Shown piece by piece: positions 25,301 to 40,300 of a stretch of DNA of 64,000 bases; position 1 is the first letter of the stretch; each line of letters opens with the position of its first letter. The notes under the pieces are model-generated. The model did no database searches, had not been told where the DNA came from, and saw only the letters and a list, made by a program, of their open reading frames with translations. A program made the translations under genes and the position numbers. The stretch spans positions 74,588,001 to 74,652,000 of the forward strand of contig OZ076409.1 of assembly GCA_964187785.1 (NCBI GenBank), given 5' to 3'. This stretch comes from Amphiscolops sp. MND2022. Lineage: Eukaryota.

Positions 25301-28300
25301 TAAACTCTAGGGTGTTGAGGCTGTACGGGGAAGTCAGGCCCGTTCCGATCGGACTTGTAGTCTTGGAGAAATAACGGTATTTTTGGGGAACCTTTTCTAA
25401 CGGTCCAGCTTATCTTTGCCATTTTTTCGAAAATGTACTCGCCTAAAGGCCTCCCCCTGGCCGAATTTACTCCCAGCAAAACCATTTGGCCCTAAATACG
25501 GAGTTTCAGCGTTCCAGCATTCCCGGGCGAAAAGTTGTGGGACTTAGAAAATTTCAAAAATTTTCAAAAAATTTTTTTTTGTTATTTGGGCCCCCAAAGT
25601 GGGGGAAAGGACCCCCCAACCATTAATTTGAGTGAATGCATGTGGAAAGCCCTTGTTTTGACGAGAAAAATACCGTTTAGAACATCTTTTTATCTTGACT
25701 CAACGTTGACTTATGACGTTTTGAATGTGATGTAAGGATGTAGGAGGCATGTGATAAGTTGATGTTTTGAGTCTTTATCTCATATGAAAGCGGTTGAGAT
25801 GCAAGCTGTCCTGCTCAAAACGTCTTTCGTTGTGATTTTCCAGTGCACCAATACCCTTTGATGTCATATAAACATACTTTTTGTCGATATATTAACAATT
25901 TTAATGTATTTATTCCAATTTTTATTATCTTATAACTCAAAACAGTTGAGTACATTTCATCTCCCTTTCGGGGGAGATGAGAATGTACTCGCTAAAGACC
26001 TAGCGCCATGACCAAAAGTTTGAAACCCACGTTTTTTTATCTTCTTACAGACTTGTTTTTGTATTTTTTCGGAATTTTTTAAAAATTAATATACTTGAAA
26101 TACATTACTTGACTTTACTACTACAACCCACCTCCAACGACAACGCCCCCCTGCTTGCATCAACGCCCACCGTCCGTGGGCATGCCGAGGCATGCCCTTC
26201 GACGACGTATGCCAAATGCCCAGTGCCACGCAGTCATTATCGCTAGGTGGCCGTGTCTTTTCGACGTGCTTTTGCATTGAGGAGTGGGTAGGGCCCCGCG
26301 ACGACCTAGAAGAATTGGATGCTCACCGAAACGTGCAGAATTCTACGAGATCTCATAGTTTGAGCCATACGATTTTTCTGAAATTTGGCATGTGGCCTGG
26401 AATTGGTGAGTAGGTAAAACGTGTAGGAGGTGATTTTTCCCAAATTCCACTGTGAGAGGAGATATGGGCAAATAACGGACCCAAAAATGGCAAAAGTGCA
26501 CATTTTTCAACTTTGTCAGCCAATATCTCTTTTCCAGGTGCCCGTAGCGTTCCGCACGTGGACATCAATATTGCTCAGCGCTGTTGGAGGAGTGCGTGGA
26601 CAAATTTTGGTTGAAATCGGACTTGAACTTGACGAGAAATTAACGGTTTTTTGGGCGTTTCCGTGGTAAATTTTTTAACGGTCCAGCTTATCTTTGCCAT
26701 TTTTTCGAAAATGTACATGCCTAAAGGCCTCCCCCTGGCCGAATTTACTCCCAGCAAACCCATTTGGCCCTAAATACGGAGTTTCAGCGTTCCAGCATTC
26801 CGGGGCAGAAAGTTGTGGGACTTGGAAAAATTTCAAAATTTTTTCAAAAATTTTTTTCCCGTTTTCCGGGCCCCCAATGAAGGGGAACGACCCTCCAACC
26901 AGTATTTTGAGTGAATTCATGTGGAACGCCCATGTTTGGAGGAGAAAAATGCCGTTTAGCACATCTTTTTATCTTAACTTGACATTGACTTATGACGTTT
27001 TGAATGTGATGTTAGGATATATGAAGCATGTTAAAAGTTGAAGTTTTGAGTCTTTATCTCATCGGAAAACCATTGAGATACAAGCAGTTTTGCTAAAAAC
27101 GATTTTCATTGTAGGTTAGCAGAGTATTAGTACACTTTGATGTCATTTGAGTATTTTTTTCTTCTATATAATAACTGTTTTTATGTATTTATTCCAATTT
27201 ATCTCATCTTTTAACATCAAGCAGTTGAGTACATTTCATCTCCCTTTCGGGGGAGATGAGAATGTACTCGCTAAAAACCTAATGCTATGGCGCCAATGTT
27301 TGGATGGGAAGTTTTCTATGCTTTGAAAAAAGTTATTTTTAATTACTTGATTTTTTAAAACAATAATTAACATGAAGTACATTACTTGCTCCTACTACTA
27401 CCACCATACATCTCTAACGTCAACGCCCCCTGCTTGCATCAACGCCCCATCGTCCGTGGGCATGCCGAGGCATGCCCTTCGACGACGTATGCCAAATGCC
27501 CAGTGCCACGCAGTCTTTCCCCGCTAGGTGGCCACGACCATGGTTTCTTGCGTATCTTGTCGAATCCTTTGTCGTTGCCGGCCGGGGAGGGACCCGTTTG
27601 CCGGCGTGTGTAGTGTGGGGCCCCCATACCCAAAAAGTGGTATTTTTTTCAGAGATCTCAAAATCGGCCCGTCAGAATTGCCTGAAATTTGGCATGAGGC
27701 TCCCAATTGGGGAAAAAATAAGAAGTGTAGGAGGCGACTTGTTCGGGTAAATATTGTATGTTGACTTTTGGCCAAAATAGTGTTCCCCCCCCAACATGGG
27801 CAAAATCACATGAGGTGTAAAAATATGATCACAACTTTTGAACCTTTGGATTTAGGGGTACGGTCGTGGACCACATTAAGCAAGAGCTTTAGTGAGCGGG
27901 TAGGATAGATGGGTTTTGATCCCAGTACCTTCAACCACTTTTGAGAAATTAACGTTTCAAACAAACATCCGGGAGGTATCTGTTGCCCCTGAAGGCAGGT
28001 TTTTCGCCATTTTCAATGTGAAGGAGTGGGTTTAGCGTAACGTGTGTGGGGTGCTTTTTTGTTGCCCGTGTGCGGAGCGTTGTATAGAGGTGCTGGTTCT
28101 TGAAATTGGAAAAGCTGCTAAAAAGTTATACCTATACCCCCCTACTGTCTCTGCCATTCAATTTTTTTTTCAACTTCAGGCCTCCCAAAGGTGAGAAACT
28201 TCCACACAACTAGTATTGCAAGTGAAAGCATGTGGAAAGTACTCGGATAGACGAGAAAAATGAGCTATAGAACGACTCTGTAGCTTAACCTGACGTTGAC

Positions 28301-31300
28301 TTATGACATTTTGAGTGTGAGCTTGCTATGTGAGAAAAAAAATTCAAAATTGAAAATCGCAGCTAAGTCTCATCCAAAACTCATCGAAATACGTTCAATC
28401 CATACCAAAGCGGTCAAACTCCAGCTATATAGTGCAGCAACACTATTCAAGACCATTTGACACAATTTTATTAGTTTTGACATTGTATTATTCATCCGAG
28501 AGCACAAAACAGTTGGGTACATTCCATCTCCCTTTCGGGGGAGATGAGAATGTACCCGCTAAATGACACGCACCATGGCCTAATTTTTACCTTCATGCGA
28601 CGTTTTCTAGGCTTTCGCGCAAGCCCACTAATATTTACACTGGTTTCTTTCTCTTTCACTCCAAACTTTTCGTCCGTACTAACCACCTTACACACCACCA
28701 GCTCAACGACACATCTGTAACGTCAACGCCACATACTTGCATCAACGCCCACCGTCCGTGGGCATGCCGAGGCATGCCCTTCGACGACGTATGCCCGTTG
28801 TCACAACAGGGCGCCCCCATTCCCGCTAGGTGGCCGGAAATTTTTTTTTCATCAAAATCTTTGCCATTGGGGGAGGGGCCCCGGATGGCCAGTAGTACGG
28901 GATAGCTTCCTACCAAATCCAGATGGAAAAAACGTGATTTCGGAAACTAGCCGTCAGAATTTGCTCAAATTTTGCATACGGCTTCCTATGACAATCCTAA
29001 GAACTAATCCCTACTGGCATTTTGCCCAAAAAACGCAAAAAGTTGGTCAAAATCTTAGTTTTTTGGTCAAAAAATGGCGTTTTTTCGAAAAAATTTTTTT
29101 TCAGAGACAATTACTCGTAACTGGTTCACCCAGCGCAAAAACGCCTAGCTGATTTATTGTTGGGCACTTCATGAGGAGTGCGTATACAAATTTTCGTCCA
29201 GATCGGAAGAAAAATGACTAAGTATTAGCCGGAATTCGGACGCATTTTTTCGCAAATTTTTGAAAACCTAGTCTATCTCTGCCGTTTTTTGCCCAGATTG
29301 TTTTCCAGGTCCTCTCCTAAAGGCCTCCCCTGGCCGGTTTACTTCCCAGAAAAACCAATTGGCCCTAAATACGGAGTTTCAGCGTTCTAGCATTCCCGGG
29401 CGAAAAGATGTGGGACTTAGAAAAAATTCAAAATTTTTCAAAAAAATTTTTTTTCGTTTTCCGGCCCCCCAATGAAGGGGAACGACCCCCCAACGAGGAT
29501 TTTTGGTGAATTCACGTGGAAAGGCCTTGTTTTGTGGAGCAAATTGCCGTTTAGAGCAACTTTTTATCTTAACTTGACGTTGACCTCTGTCGTTTTGAAT
29601 TTGATATTAGTATGTGTTGAGCATGTGAAAAGTTGATGATTTCAGTTGTTCTCTCGTGTTCAAGCCATTGAGATACAAGCGGTAGTGATCAAAATGTGAT
29701 TTATCGCAATTTGACGGTGCTTTTGGTGTATTTTGATTCTTTTAAATAAAAAGTTGTTCTTTATATATTTGGTGTATTGATTCAAATGAACAAGAAACAG
29801 TTGAGTACATTTCATCTCCCCCCTTGTGGGGGAGATGAGGATGTACCCGCTAAATGACACGCACAATGGCCTAATTTTATTTTTATGCGACATTTTCTAG
29901 GCTTTTGCGCAAGCCCACTAAAATTTAGACTGGTTTCCTTTTCTTTTACTCCAAAATTTTCCGTACTAACCACCTTACGCACCACCAGCTCAACGTAACA
30001 TCTGTAACGTCAACGCCACACACTCTCACTAACGCCCACCGTCCGTGGGCATGCCGAGGCATGCCCTTCGACGACGTATGCCAAATAGCGCCACAGGGCG
30101 CAAACTTGTCCGCTAGGTGCCGGGATTACTATTCGTTCGAGTATGTGGCGCGTGTGGGTAGGGCCCCTGGCGCGCTCTTTTATTTCGGGTACACCTACTC
30201 CAAATTCACGATGTGATTTCGACGATCTCGTAAACTAGCCACACGATTTGGCTGAAATTTGGCACACGTACCCCCCTCGGCACGGTGAAGATGATTCCCT
30301 ACTGACGTTTTGCCCGCTAAACATTTTTTGTTGACCAAAATAACGGTTTTTGGGGGAAAATTTTGAACTTTTTTTAAATTTCGTCTTATATCTCGCCACG
30401 GGTTTACGCTAGCGCTTCAAAACCTTGCTAACGAAAGTTTGCAAACTGTCTCAGGAATGCGGTGTGAAAATTTCAGCCCAATCGGACTTAAACTCGAGGA
30501 GATATAGCGTTTTTCCGGAGCGGGGGGGTTTCATTTTTCTAACGGTCCAGCTTATCTTTGCCATTTTTTCGAAAATGCACTCGCCTAAAGGCCTCCCCTG
30601 GCCGGTTTTATTCCCAGCAAAACCATTTGGCCCTAAATACGGAGTTTCAGCGTTCCAGCATTCCCGGGCGAAAAGTTGTGGGACTTAGAAAATTTCAAAA
30701 ATTTTCAAAAAAATTTTTTCCGTTATTTGGGCCCCCAAAGTGGGGCAAAAGACCCCCCAACCAGTAAAGCAAGTGAATGCATGTGGAAAGCCCTTGTTTA
30801 GACGAGAAAAATGGCGTTTAGAACGTTTTTTTATCGTAACTTGACATTGACTTTTGTCGTTTTGAAGGTGACCGTTAGATACGGAAAATTGATGTTTTGA
30901 GTGTTTATCCCATCTGAAAGTCATTGAGATACAACATGTTTTGCTCAAAACGTGTTTCATTGGAGTTTCGCTGTCCATTAACACCCTTTGGTGTCTTTTG
31001 ACGTAATTTTCGTTTCTATAATAACAATTTCTTTGTGTATTTATTCATTTTTTTCTCATCAAATAACTTGAAACAGTTGAGTACATTCCATCTCCCTTCC
31101 CGGGGGAGATGAGAATGTACTCGCTAAAGGTCAGGAACTACGGTCTATATCTTCCACAACACAAAAGAGATTGCAAATTGTTTCAGTTTGTCGCAGAAAA
31201 CTTCTTTTTGCACTCTGTGACTCGACAAAGTGAACGTTTCTTACTTACTTTGAATCTCACCATACCACAACTCATCTCTAACGTCAACGCCCCCCACACA

Positions 31301-34300
31301 CATCAACGCCCCCCGTCCGTGGGCATGCCGAGGCATGCCCTTCGACGACGTATAGCAAAATATATTCGAACGCGGTAGCCGCTAGGTGCCGGTGTTTTTT
31401 TACACAATGGGGGAAGTTGCGCGGTTGGGGAGGGTCCCTGACGCGCTCCCGGGATTTCGGATTTTTTAACCTTTACGTACCCATCAAAAAGTTTGGGATC
31501 TCGAAAACTAGCCGTACGATTTGGCTGAAATTTGGCACACGTACCCCCCTCGGCACGGTGAAGATGATTCCCTTCTGACGTTTTGCTCGCTAAACATTTT
31601 TTGTTGACCAAAATAACGGTTTTTGGGGTAAAATTTTCAACTTTTTTTAAATTTCATCTTATATCTCGCCACGGGTACACGCTAGCGCTTTCAAACCTTT
31701 CTGACGAAAGTTTGCAAACTGTCTCAGGAATGCTGTGTGAAATTTTCAGCTCAATCGGACTCAAACTCGAGGAGATATAGCGTTTTTCCGGAGCGGGGGG
31801 GTTTCATTTTTCTAACGGTCCAGCTTATCTTTGCCATTTTTTCGAAAATGTACTCGTCTAAAGGCCTCCCCTGGCCGGTTTTATTCCCAGCAAAACCATT
31901 TGGCCCTAAATACGGAGTTTCAGCGTTCCAGCGTTTCCGGGCGAAAAGTTGTGGGACTTAGAAAATTTCAAAAATTTACAAAAAAATTTTTTTTCTTATT
32001 TGGGCCCCCAAAGTGGGGGAAAAGACCCCCCAACCAGTAAAGCAAGTGAATGCATGTGCAAAGCCCTTGTTTGGACGAGAAAAATGCCGTTTAGAACGTC
32101 TTTTTATCTTGGCTCAACGTTGACTTATGACGTTTTGAAGGTGATGTTTGGAGGTGTAAAGCACGTGAATAGTAAACGTTATGAGTATTTATCTGATCTG
32201 AAAGCCATTGAGATGCAATATGGTTTGCTCAAAACGTAATTCATGGCAGTTTGGCAATCAATCAACACCCTTTGTTGTCGTTTGACATACTTTTTTGGTG
32301 TTATAATAAAAAAATTTGTGTATTTATTCATTTTTTTCTCATCAAATAACTTGAAACAGTTGAGTACATTCCATCCCCCTTCACGGGGGAGATGAGAATG
32401 TACTCGCAAAAAGCACCGAACTACAGCCCTTACCTTCCTGAGCTACGCAGTATAAAGATTGCATATTGGTTCCGACATTTTGATAGAGTTATATCTTGGT
32501 AATCTGTCTGGGTATGCAGAAAAACCAGCACGTGCTTTTTTATACCAAGTTGCTTACAACGACAATTATTTTATATCAACGCCCCCATATTTATCAACGC
32601 CCACCGTCCGTGGGCATGCCGAGGCATGCCCTTCGACGACGTATACCAAGATATACATCGAGCGCGTTAGCCTAGGTGCCGGTGTCTTTTTACACAATGG
32701 GGGAAGTTGCGCGGTTGGGGAGGGTCCCTGACGCGCTTCCGTGAGATCAGGTTTTTCAACTAGTGAAATCGACAAAGAAAATTGAGATCTCGTAAACTAG
32801 CCATACGATTTGGCTGAAATTTGGCACACGTACCCCCCTCGGCACGGTGAAGATGATTTCCTACTGACGTTTTTCCCGCTAAACATTTTTTGTTGACCAA
32901 AATAACGGTTTTTGGGGTAAAATTTTCAACTTTTTTTAAATTTCATCTTATATTTCGCCACGGGTGCACGCTAGCGCTTCCAAACTTTGCTGACGAAAGT
33001 TTGCAAACTGTCTCAGGAATGCTGTGTGAAAATTTAAGCTCAATCGGACTTAAACTTGAGGAGATATAGCGTTTTTCCGGAGCGGGGGGGTTTCATTTTT
33101 CTAACGGTCCAGCTTATCTTTGCCATTTTTTCGAAAATGCACTCGCCTAAAGGCCTCCCCTGGCCGGTTTTATTCCCAGCAAAACCATTTGGCCCTAAAT
33201 ACGGAGTTTCAGCGTTCCAGCATTCTCGGGCGAAAAGTTGTGGGACTTAGAAAATTTCAAAAATTTTCAAAAAATTTTTTTTCGTTATTTGGGCCCCCAA
33301 AGTGGGGGAAAAGACCCCCCAACCAGTAAATCAAGTGAATGCATGTGGAAAGGCCATGTTTAGAGGAGAAAAATGCCGTTTAGAACGTCTTTTTATCTTG
33401 GCTCAACGTTGACTTATGACGTTTTGAAGGTGATGTTTGGAGGTGTAAAGCAAGTGAATAGTAAACGTTATGAGTATTTATCTGATCTGAAAGCCATTGA
33501 GATGCAATATGGTTTGCTCAAAACGTAATTCATTGCAGTTTGGCAATCAATCAACACCCTTTGTTGTCGTTTGACATACTTTTTTGTTGTTAAAATAAAA
33601 AATTTTGTGTATTTATTCATTTTTTTCTCATCAAATAACTTGGAACAGTTGAGTACATTCCATCCCCCCTTCCGGGGGAGATGAGAATGTACTCGCAAAA
33701 AGCACCGAACTACGGCCCTTACCTTCCCGAGCTACGCAGTATAAGGATTACATATTGGTTCCGACATTTTCATAGAGTTATATCTTGGTAATCTGTCTGG
33801 ATATGCCGAAAAATCAGCACGTGCCTTTTAATACCAAGTTGCTCACAACGACAATTATTTTATATCAACGCCCCCATATTTATCAACGCCCCCCGTCCGT
33901 GGGCATGCCGAGGCATGCCCTTCGACGACCCGCACCAAAATATGCGTTAGCGCGGTAGCCGCTAGGTGCCGGGATTTCCATTCGATAAGGAATTCTGCGC
34001 GTGTGGGTAGGGCCCCTGGCGCGCTCCTGTGTTTTGGGTTTTCCTACTCTAAATTCACACATCAGTTATCTCGGATCTCGAAAACTAGCCACACGATTTG
34101 GCTGAAATTTGGCACACAGCTCCGTTGGAACATTGTAAGAACAAATCCCTACTGACGTTTTGCCCGCTAAACATTTTTTGTTGGTCAAAAATGCGATTTT
34201 CCGACAAAATTTTTGACTTTTTTTTCTTTTTCAACTCATATCTCGCCACAGGGTCACGCTAGCGCTTTGCAACCTATGATCCTTTTTTGTAGGGCATTGC

Positions 34301-37300
34301 ATGTAGAACACGTATGCCAAATTTGGTGGCGATCGGACTTGAACTCGAGGAGATATAATGATTTTTTAGGTGCATTTTTTGACATTTTTTGCATTTGCTG
34401 ATTTATCTTTGCCGTTTTTTGCCCAGATTTTTTTTGAGACACTCTCCTAAAGACCTCCCCTGGCCGGTTTACCTCCCAGCAAAACCATTTGGCCCTAAAT
34501 ACGAAGTTTCAGCGTTCTAGCATTCCCGGGCGAAAAGTTGTGGGACTTAGAATAATTTTTTGGAAACGCAAAATGTGTAAAGTGAACTTCAGGCCTCCCA
34601 AAGTCAAGGAACTTCCACACAACTAGGATTGCAAGTGGATGCATGTGGAAAGTACTGGGATAGACGAGAAAAATGAGCTATAGAACGACTCTGTAGCTTA
34701 ACCTGACGTTGACTTATGATGTTTTGAGTGTGTGCTTGCTAAGGGGTCCGAAATTGAAAATTTTTAAAGAAAATTAATATCGTTAAAAATTCATCGGAAT
34801 GCCTGCAATATACAGTAGAGCGTGTTCAATTGTAGCTGACTAATGCATCAACGCTGTTCAAGGTCTTTTAACTCAGTTTAAAAATTTTTTACTTTGTATT
34901 ATCCATCCGAGAGATCGAAACAGTTGAGTACATTCCATCTCCCTCCCGGGGGAGATGAGAATGTACTCGCTAAAGAACATGTACTACAGCCAATTTTTGT
35001 TTTTATGCGAGGTCATTCTATGCTATTGCACACGAACACTTTAGTTTTGACAAACATATGTGTTTACATGCTGAATCTTACCTTACCTTTACTTTACGTT
35101 TTTGTACATACTACTACAACAACTCACCCCTAACGTCAACGTCCCATACTTTAAATCAACGCCCACCGTCCGTGGGCATGCCGAGGCATGCCCTTCGACG
35201 ACGTATGCCCTCTCAAAGGCGGTAGCCGCTAGGTGGTCGGGTATTTTTTTTTACTCGTATATGACGTTTGCGAGGCTTTGGGGAGGGCCCCGTGCCGAGC
35301 CTGTTCCGAAATTTACCACATACCAGAAGTGTCCGATTTAATCGAGATCTCAAAAACTAACCGTTAGAATTCTCTGAAATTTTGCATGTGGCCCCTAATC
35401 AATGATTAATGAAAAAGTGTAAGAGTGACGGTTGCTGAAAAACTTGTCTTTGTTGCACTTTTTGCGCAATTTTTGTCGCATTGTTGCGTTTTTTATGTCA
35501 TTTTCGACTTTTCAAGCAAAAAACTCATAGATGCTTTGTTCCTAGCGTATCAAGTGTGGAGCACGAAAAGTTGCAGCATCTTCCATTACGTATGCTGAGA
35601 AAATTTGGTTGCCCTCGGATTACCCCCCACAGAGATAGAGGGGTGCATCCGGGTAATTTTGACCCCTAAATTTGGGAAATTGCTAATTTTCGTAATAAAG
35701 CCGTAGATTTAGCGCGTACACACCCTGCTGAAGATTTGTTAGGCATTTTGAGATAGATCCGATGACATGCGTTGAGTTCACCCCCATCACCCCCTTGACC
35801 GGAAATGAACGTTTTTGTGCACTTTCAGACCGGAAGTCTCCATTTTCACCGGTAAGGAGGCATTGTACGAGCAACTAGCAGGATATCAAAAGTGAAGTAT
35901 AACCTGGGGTCAACTTAATGACCACGTGTTGTCCAGTCATGGGTTTCGCTATGACCGGAAATGGGCTTAAAACCCCCTTTTGGTAGTATTTTTATCAATT
36001 TTCCTTGTGCTTGGTCCACATTCAAGTTGCGTAAGTCAGTTGAACCAGTGAGAGCATAAAATATATATTCACTGCGTAGTCGTAACTGACACTGCCAGAT
36101 ACCGGAAGTAACCCCCTGTGACCGGAAGAGGTCAATTTTGACCGGAAATGGTCCAAAAAGTAGCGTAAATGCAGTTTTCAATGCTTTTTAAGGTCAAGTT
36201 ATTAGTATTTTTCAATTTGAATGCTTTTTTCCACGCAAAAAGCTAACATCGTTGCATGTTTTGCTGAAGATTGGAAAAGTGATCACCATTATCACCCCCG
36301 ATAGCCTTTCAAGTTGACCTTTGGTCAATCTTGAAGGCTATCTGTTCTGAAAACGAAAAATAGTGGAATTTTGTTTCCTCCTTTCTCTTGATATTTTTCC
36401 TTCAAGTCAATTTGTCAAAAAAAGACATTTGTTCAACTGAGTTATCTGAATCCTGTCCAGAGGTGTCACCCGGACGAATACCATTTCAAGCTGAAGTACA
36501 CAAATCAGGGTAGTATTAGACATCACACACTCCTACCAACTCCCACCGTCTGTGGGCATGCCGAGGCATGCCCTTCGACGACGTATGCCAAATAGCGCCA
36601 CAGGGCGCCCACACTTTTGCTAGGTGGCCGCGTCTTTTAGATGGACTTTTAGCCCTGAGGCGCGGGTAGGGTCCTGCGCCGAAACAGAGAAATTATACTA
36701 CTGCACACAGCCCCGTTCCAGACACGATCTCGAAAACTGACCGTTAGAAATTCCTGAAAATTTGCATGTGGCCCCCAATTGGCGAGCAATGAAAAAGTGT
36801 AGAAGGTCGTTTTTCCCAAATTCCACTGTGAGAGGAGATATATGAAAAAAACGGACCCCAAAATGACGAAATTTTCACTTTTTGACCAAAATTGTGACAT
36901 TATCTCCTCAGACAAGGCTCGGAGCAAAATTTGTCAGAACCCAAACCTGCAGCAGACTGTTAGAGCAGTGCACACAGTAAGTTTGAAGGAAATCGGAAAA
37001 TCACATGTGAAGAAATTGACGTTTTTCCGGCGAAATTTTTCGCAAATGCAGTCTATCTTAGCCGTTTTTTGCCCAAAATTTTTCCGAGACCCTCTCCTAA
37101 AGGCCTCCCCTGGCCCAATTTCCTCCCAAAAAAACCATTTGGCCCTAAATACGAGGTTTCAGCGTTCCAGCATTCCCGGGCGAAATTTTATAGGACTTAG
37201 AAATTTTTCAAAAATTTAAAAAATTTTTCTAAAAAAGTTCAGGCCGCCCAAAGTGAAGAAACTTCCACACAACTAGTATAGCAAGTGAATGCATGTGAAA

Positions 37301-40300
37301 AGCCCTGCAACTGACGAGAAAAATGCCGTTTAGAACGTCTTTTTATCTTAAATTGACGTTGACTTATGATCTTTTGAGTATCGTATAACACGTGATCACA
37401 GTAATGAAAATCCTAATTTTCATTTATTTTCGATCCATACCGCATGAAAAGAACCTGGAAATGGTTCCAATAGGTCATTTGGTATGTCTGAAGCCTGTGT
37501 ACATTCCCGTAGTGTATACTGGAGGTGTTTGGGACTTATTAGAAACTGTGATATTATTTATACAAGTCTTTGTTTCTCTTAGAATCTTATGCCGTTGAGT
37601 ACATTCCATCTCCCTCTCAGGGGAGATGTGAATGTACGTTTGCCAAACGCCTTGTAAAGCTCACAATATTGATGGATTCGAAGAGTTGAACAAGTGTGAT
37701 TTGCGTTTGCCGGATCACTGTAGCAAAATTTCATTAATCTTTGAAGAGATTGAATGGTTTTTGTCTTTGGTGTTTCTTCTTGTATAGCCGACTTCCACAT
37801 CCAAATATCAACGCCCACCGTCCGTGGGCATGCCGAGGCATGCCCTTCGACGACGTATGCCAAATACCATATGCCACACAGTCTTTTCCCGCTAGGTGCC
37901 CGGATTTCTATTCATTAAAGTATGTTGCGCGTGTGGGTAGGGCCCCTGGCGCGCTCTTGTGTCCCTGTTCTCATAACTGCAATTTCCGGCAGCATTCTGA
38001 GCGATTTTCTAAACTATCCATACGATTCGGCTGAAATTTGGCATGTGAGTTCCTATGACAGTTCTAAGAAACATTTCCTACTGGCGTTTTGCCCGGAAAA
38101 TTTTTTTTGTTGACTTATAACGGTTTTTTTGGCCAAAAAATGCAATTTTTTCAAAAAATTTTTTTTTCGGAGCCCATATCTTTTTTCAGGGTGCCCGTAG
38201 CGGGACGCGTTAAACTGATTATAAACTCTACGGTTCATGGGCTTTACGGAGAACCTAGGCTCGTTTCGATCGGACAAATAGTCTTGGAGATATAACGGCA
38301 TTTTTTGGGAATTTTTTGGAAATTTTTCTAACGGTCCAGCTTATCTTTGCCATTTTTTCGAAAATGTACTCGCCTAAAGGCCTCCCCTGGCCGGTTTTAA
38401 TCCCAGCAAAACCATTTGGCCCTAAATACGGAGTTTCAGCGTTCCAGCATTCCCGGGCGAAAAGTTGTGGGACTTAGAAAAATTTCAAAATTTTTCAAAA
38501 ATTTTTTTTCCGTTTTCCGCCCTCCCCCCCGAGGGGAAAAGACCCCCCAACCAGTAATTTGAGTGAATTCATGTGGAAAGGCCATGTTTAGAGAAGAAAA
38601 ATGCCGTTTAGATCGTCTTTTTATTTTAACCTGTCGTTGACTTATGTTGTTTTGAAGGTGATGTTTGGATGTGTGAAGCATGTGAAAAGGTAATTTATTT
38701 TGTCTTTAGCTCTTCTAAAAGTCATTGAGATACACGGTGTGTGACTCAGAACGTGTTTAATTCTAATTTAGCAATGCATCAACACTTTTTTGTGTCTTTT
38801 GACTCTGTTTTAAAAAATTTTTTTGACTAAAATCAAAAATTATTTATAAATATTCACATTTTTTTTCTGATCTCATGACTCGAAACAGTTGAGTACATTC
38901 CATCTCCCTTCACGGGGGAGATGAGAATGTACTCTTTAGAGACCAGGTACTACAGTACTTACCTTCCCCGAGCAACGCCCCATAAAAATTGCGTTTTGAT
39001 CCAGATATTTTGACATAATTTTATCTTTGTAATTTGACTGGAAATGAAGAAAATGCCGCACGTGCTCTTTTATATCAAGTATCTTAACAACGCCATCTCT
39101 TTTACGTCAACGCCCCATCCTTGCATCAACGCCCACCGTCCGTGGGCATGCCGAGGCATGCCCTTCGACGACGTATACCAAGATATACTCCCGAGCGCGT
39201 TAGCCTAGGTGCCGGGATTTTCTATTCGACAAGTTTGCGCGCCTTGGGGAGGGTCCCTTTGCGCGCTTTAAGATCCAGGTGTTTCCAACTCCTAAACGGG
39301 CATGTGATTTCGACGATCTCCTAAACTAGCCATACGATTTGGCTGAAATTTGGCACACGTACCCCCCTCGGCACGGTGAAGATGATTCCCTACTGACGTT
39401 TTTTCCGCTAAACATTTTTTGTTGACCAAAATAACGGTTTTTGGGGTAAAATTTTCAACTTTTTTTAAATTTCATCTTATATCTCGCCACGGGTTTACGC
39501 TAGCGCTTCCAAATCTTGCTGACGAAACCTTGCAAACTGTCTCAGGAATGCGGTGTGAAATTTTCAGCTCAATCGGACTCAAACTCGGGGAGATATAGCG
39601 TTTTTCCGGAGCGGGGGGGTTTCATTTTTCTAACGGTCCAGCTTATCTTTGCCATTTTTTCGAAAATGCACTCGCCTAAAGGCCTCCCCTTGCCGGTTTT
39701 ATTCCCAGCAAAACCATTTGGCCCTAAATACGGAGTTTCAGCGTTCCAGCATTCCCGGGCGAAAAGTTGTGGGACTTAGAATTTTTCAAAAATTTTCAAA
39801 AAAATTTTTTTCCGTTATTTGGGCCCCCAAAGTGGGGGAAAAGACCCCCCAACCAGTAAAGCAAGGGAATGCATGTGCAAAGCCCTTGTTTAGAGGAGAA
39901 AAATGCCGTTTAGAACGTCTTTTTATCTTGGCTCAACGTTGACTTATGACGTTTTGAAGGTGGTGTTTGGAGGTGTAAAGCACGTGAATAGTAAACATTA
40001 TGGGTATTTATCTGATCTAAAAGCCATTGAGATGCAATATGGTTTGCTCAAAACGTAATTCATTGCAGTTTGGCAATCAATCAACACCCTTTGTTGTCGT
40101 TTGACATACTTTTTTGTTGTTATAATAAAAAAATTTGTGTATTTGTTCATTTTTTTCTCATCAAATAGCTTGAAACAGTTGAGTACATTCCATCCCCCCC
40201 TTCCGGGGGAGATGAGAATGTACTCGCAAAAAGCACCGGACTACGGCCCTTACCTTCCCGAGCTACGCAGTATAAGGATTACATATTGGTCCCGACATTT

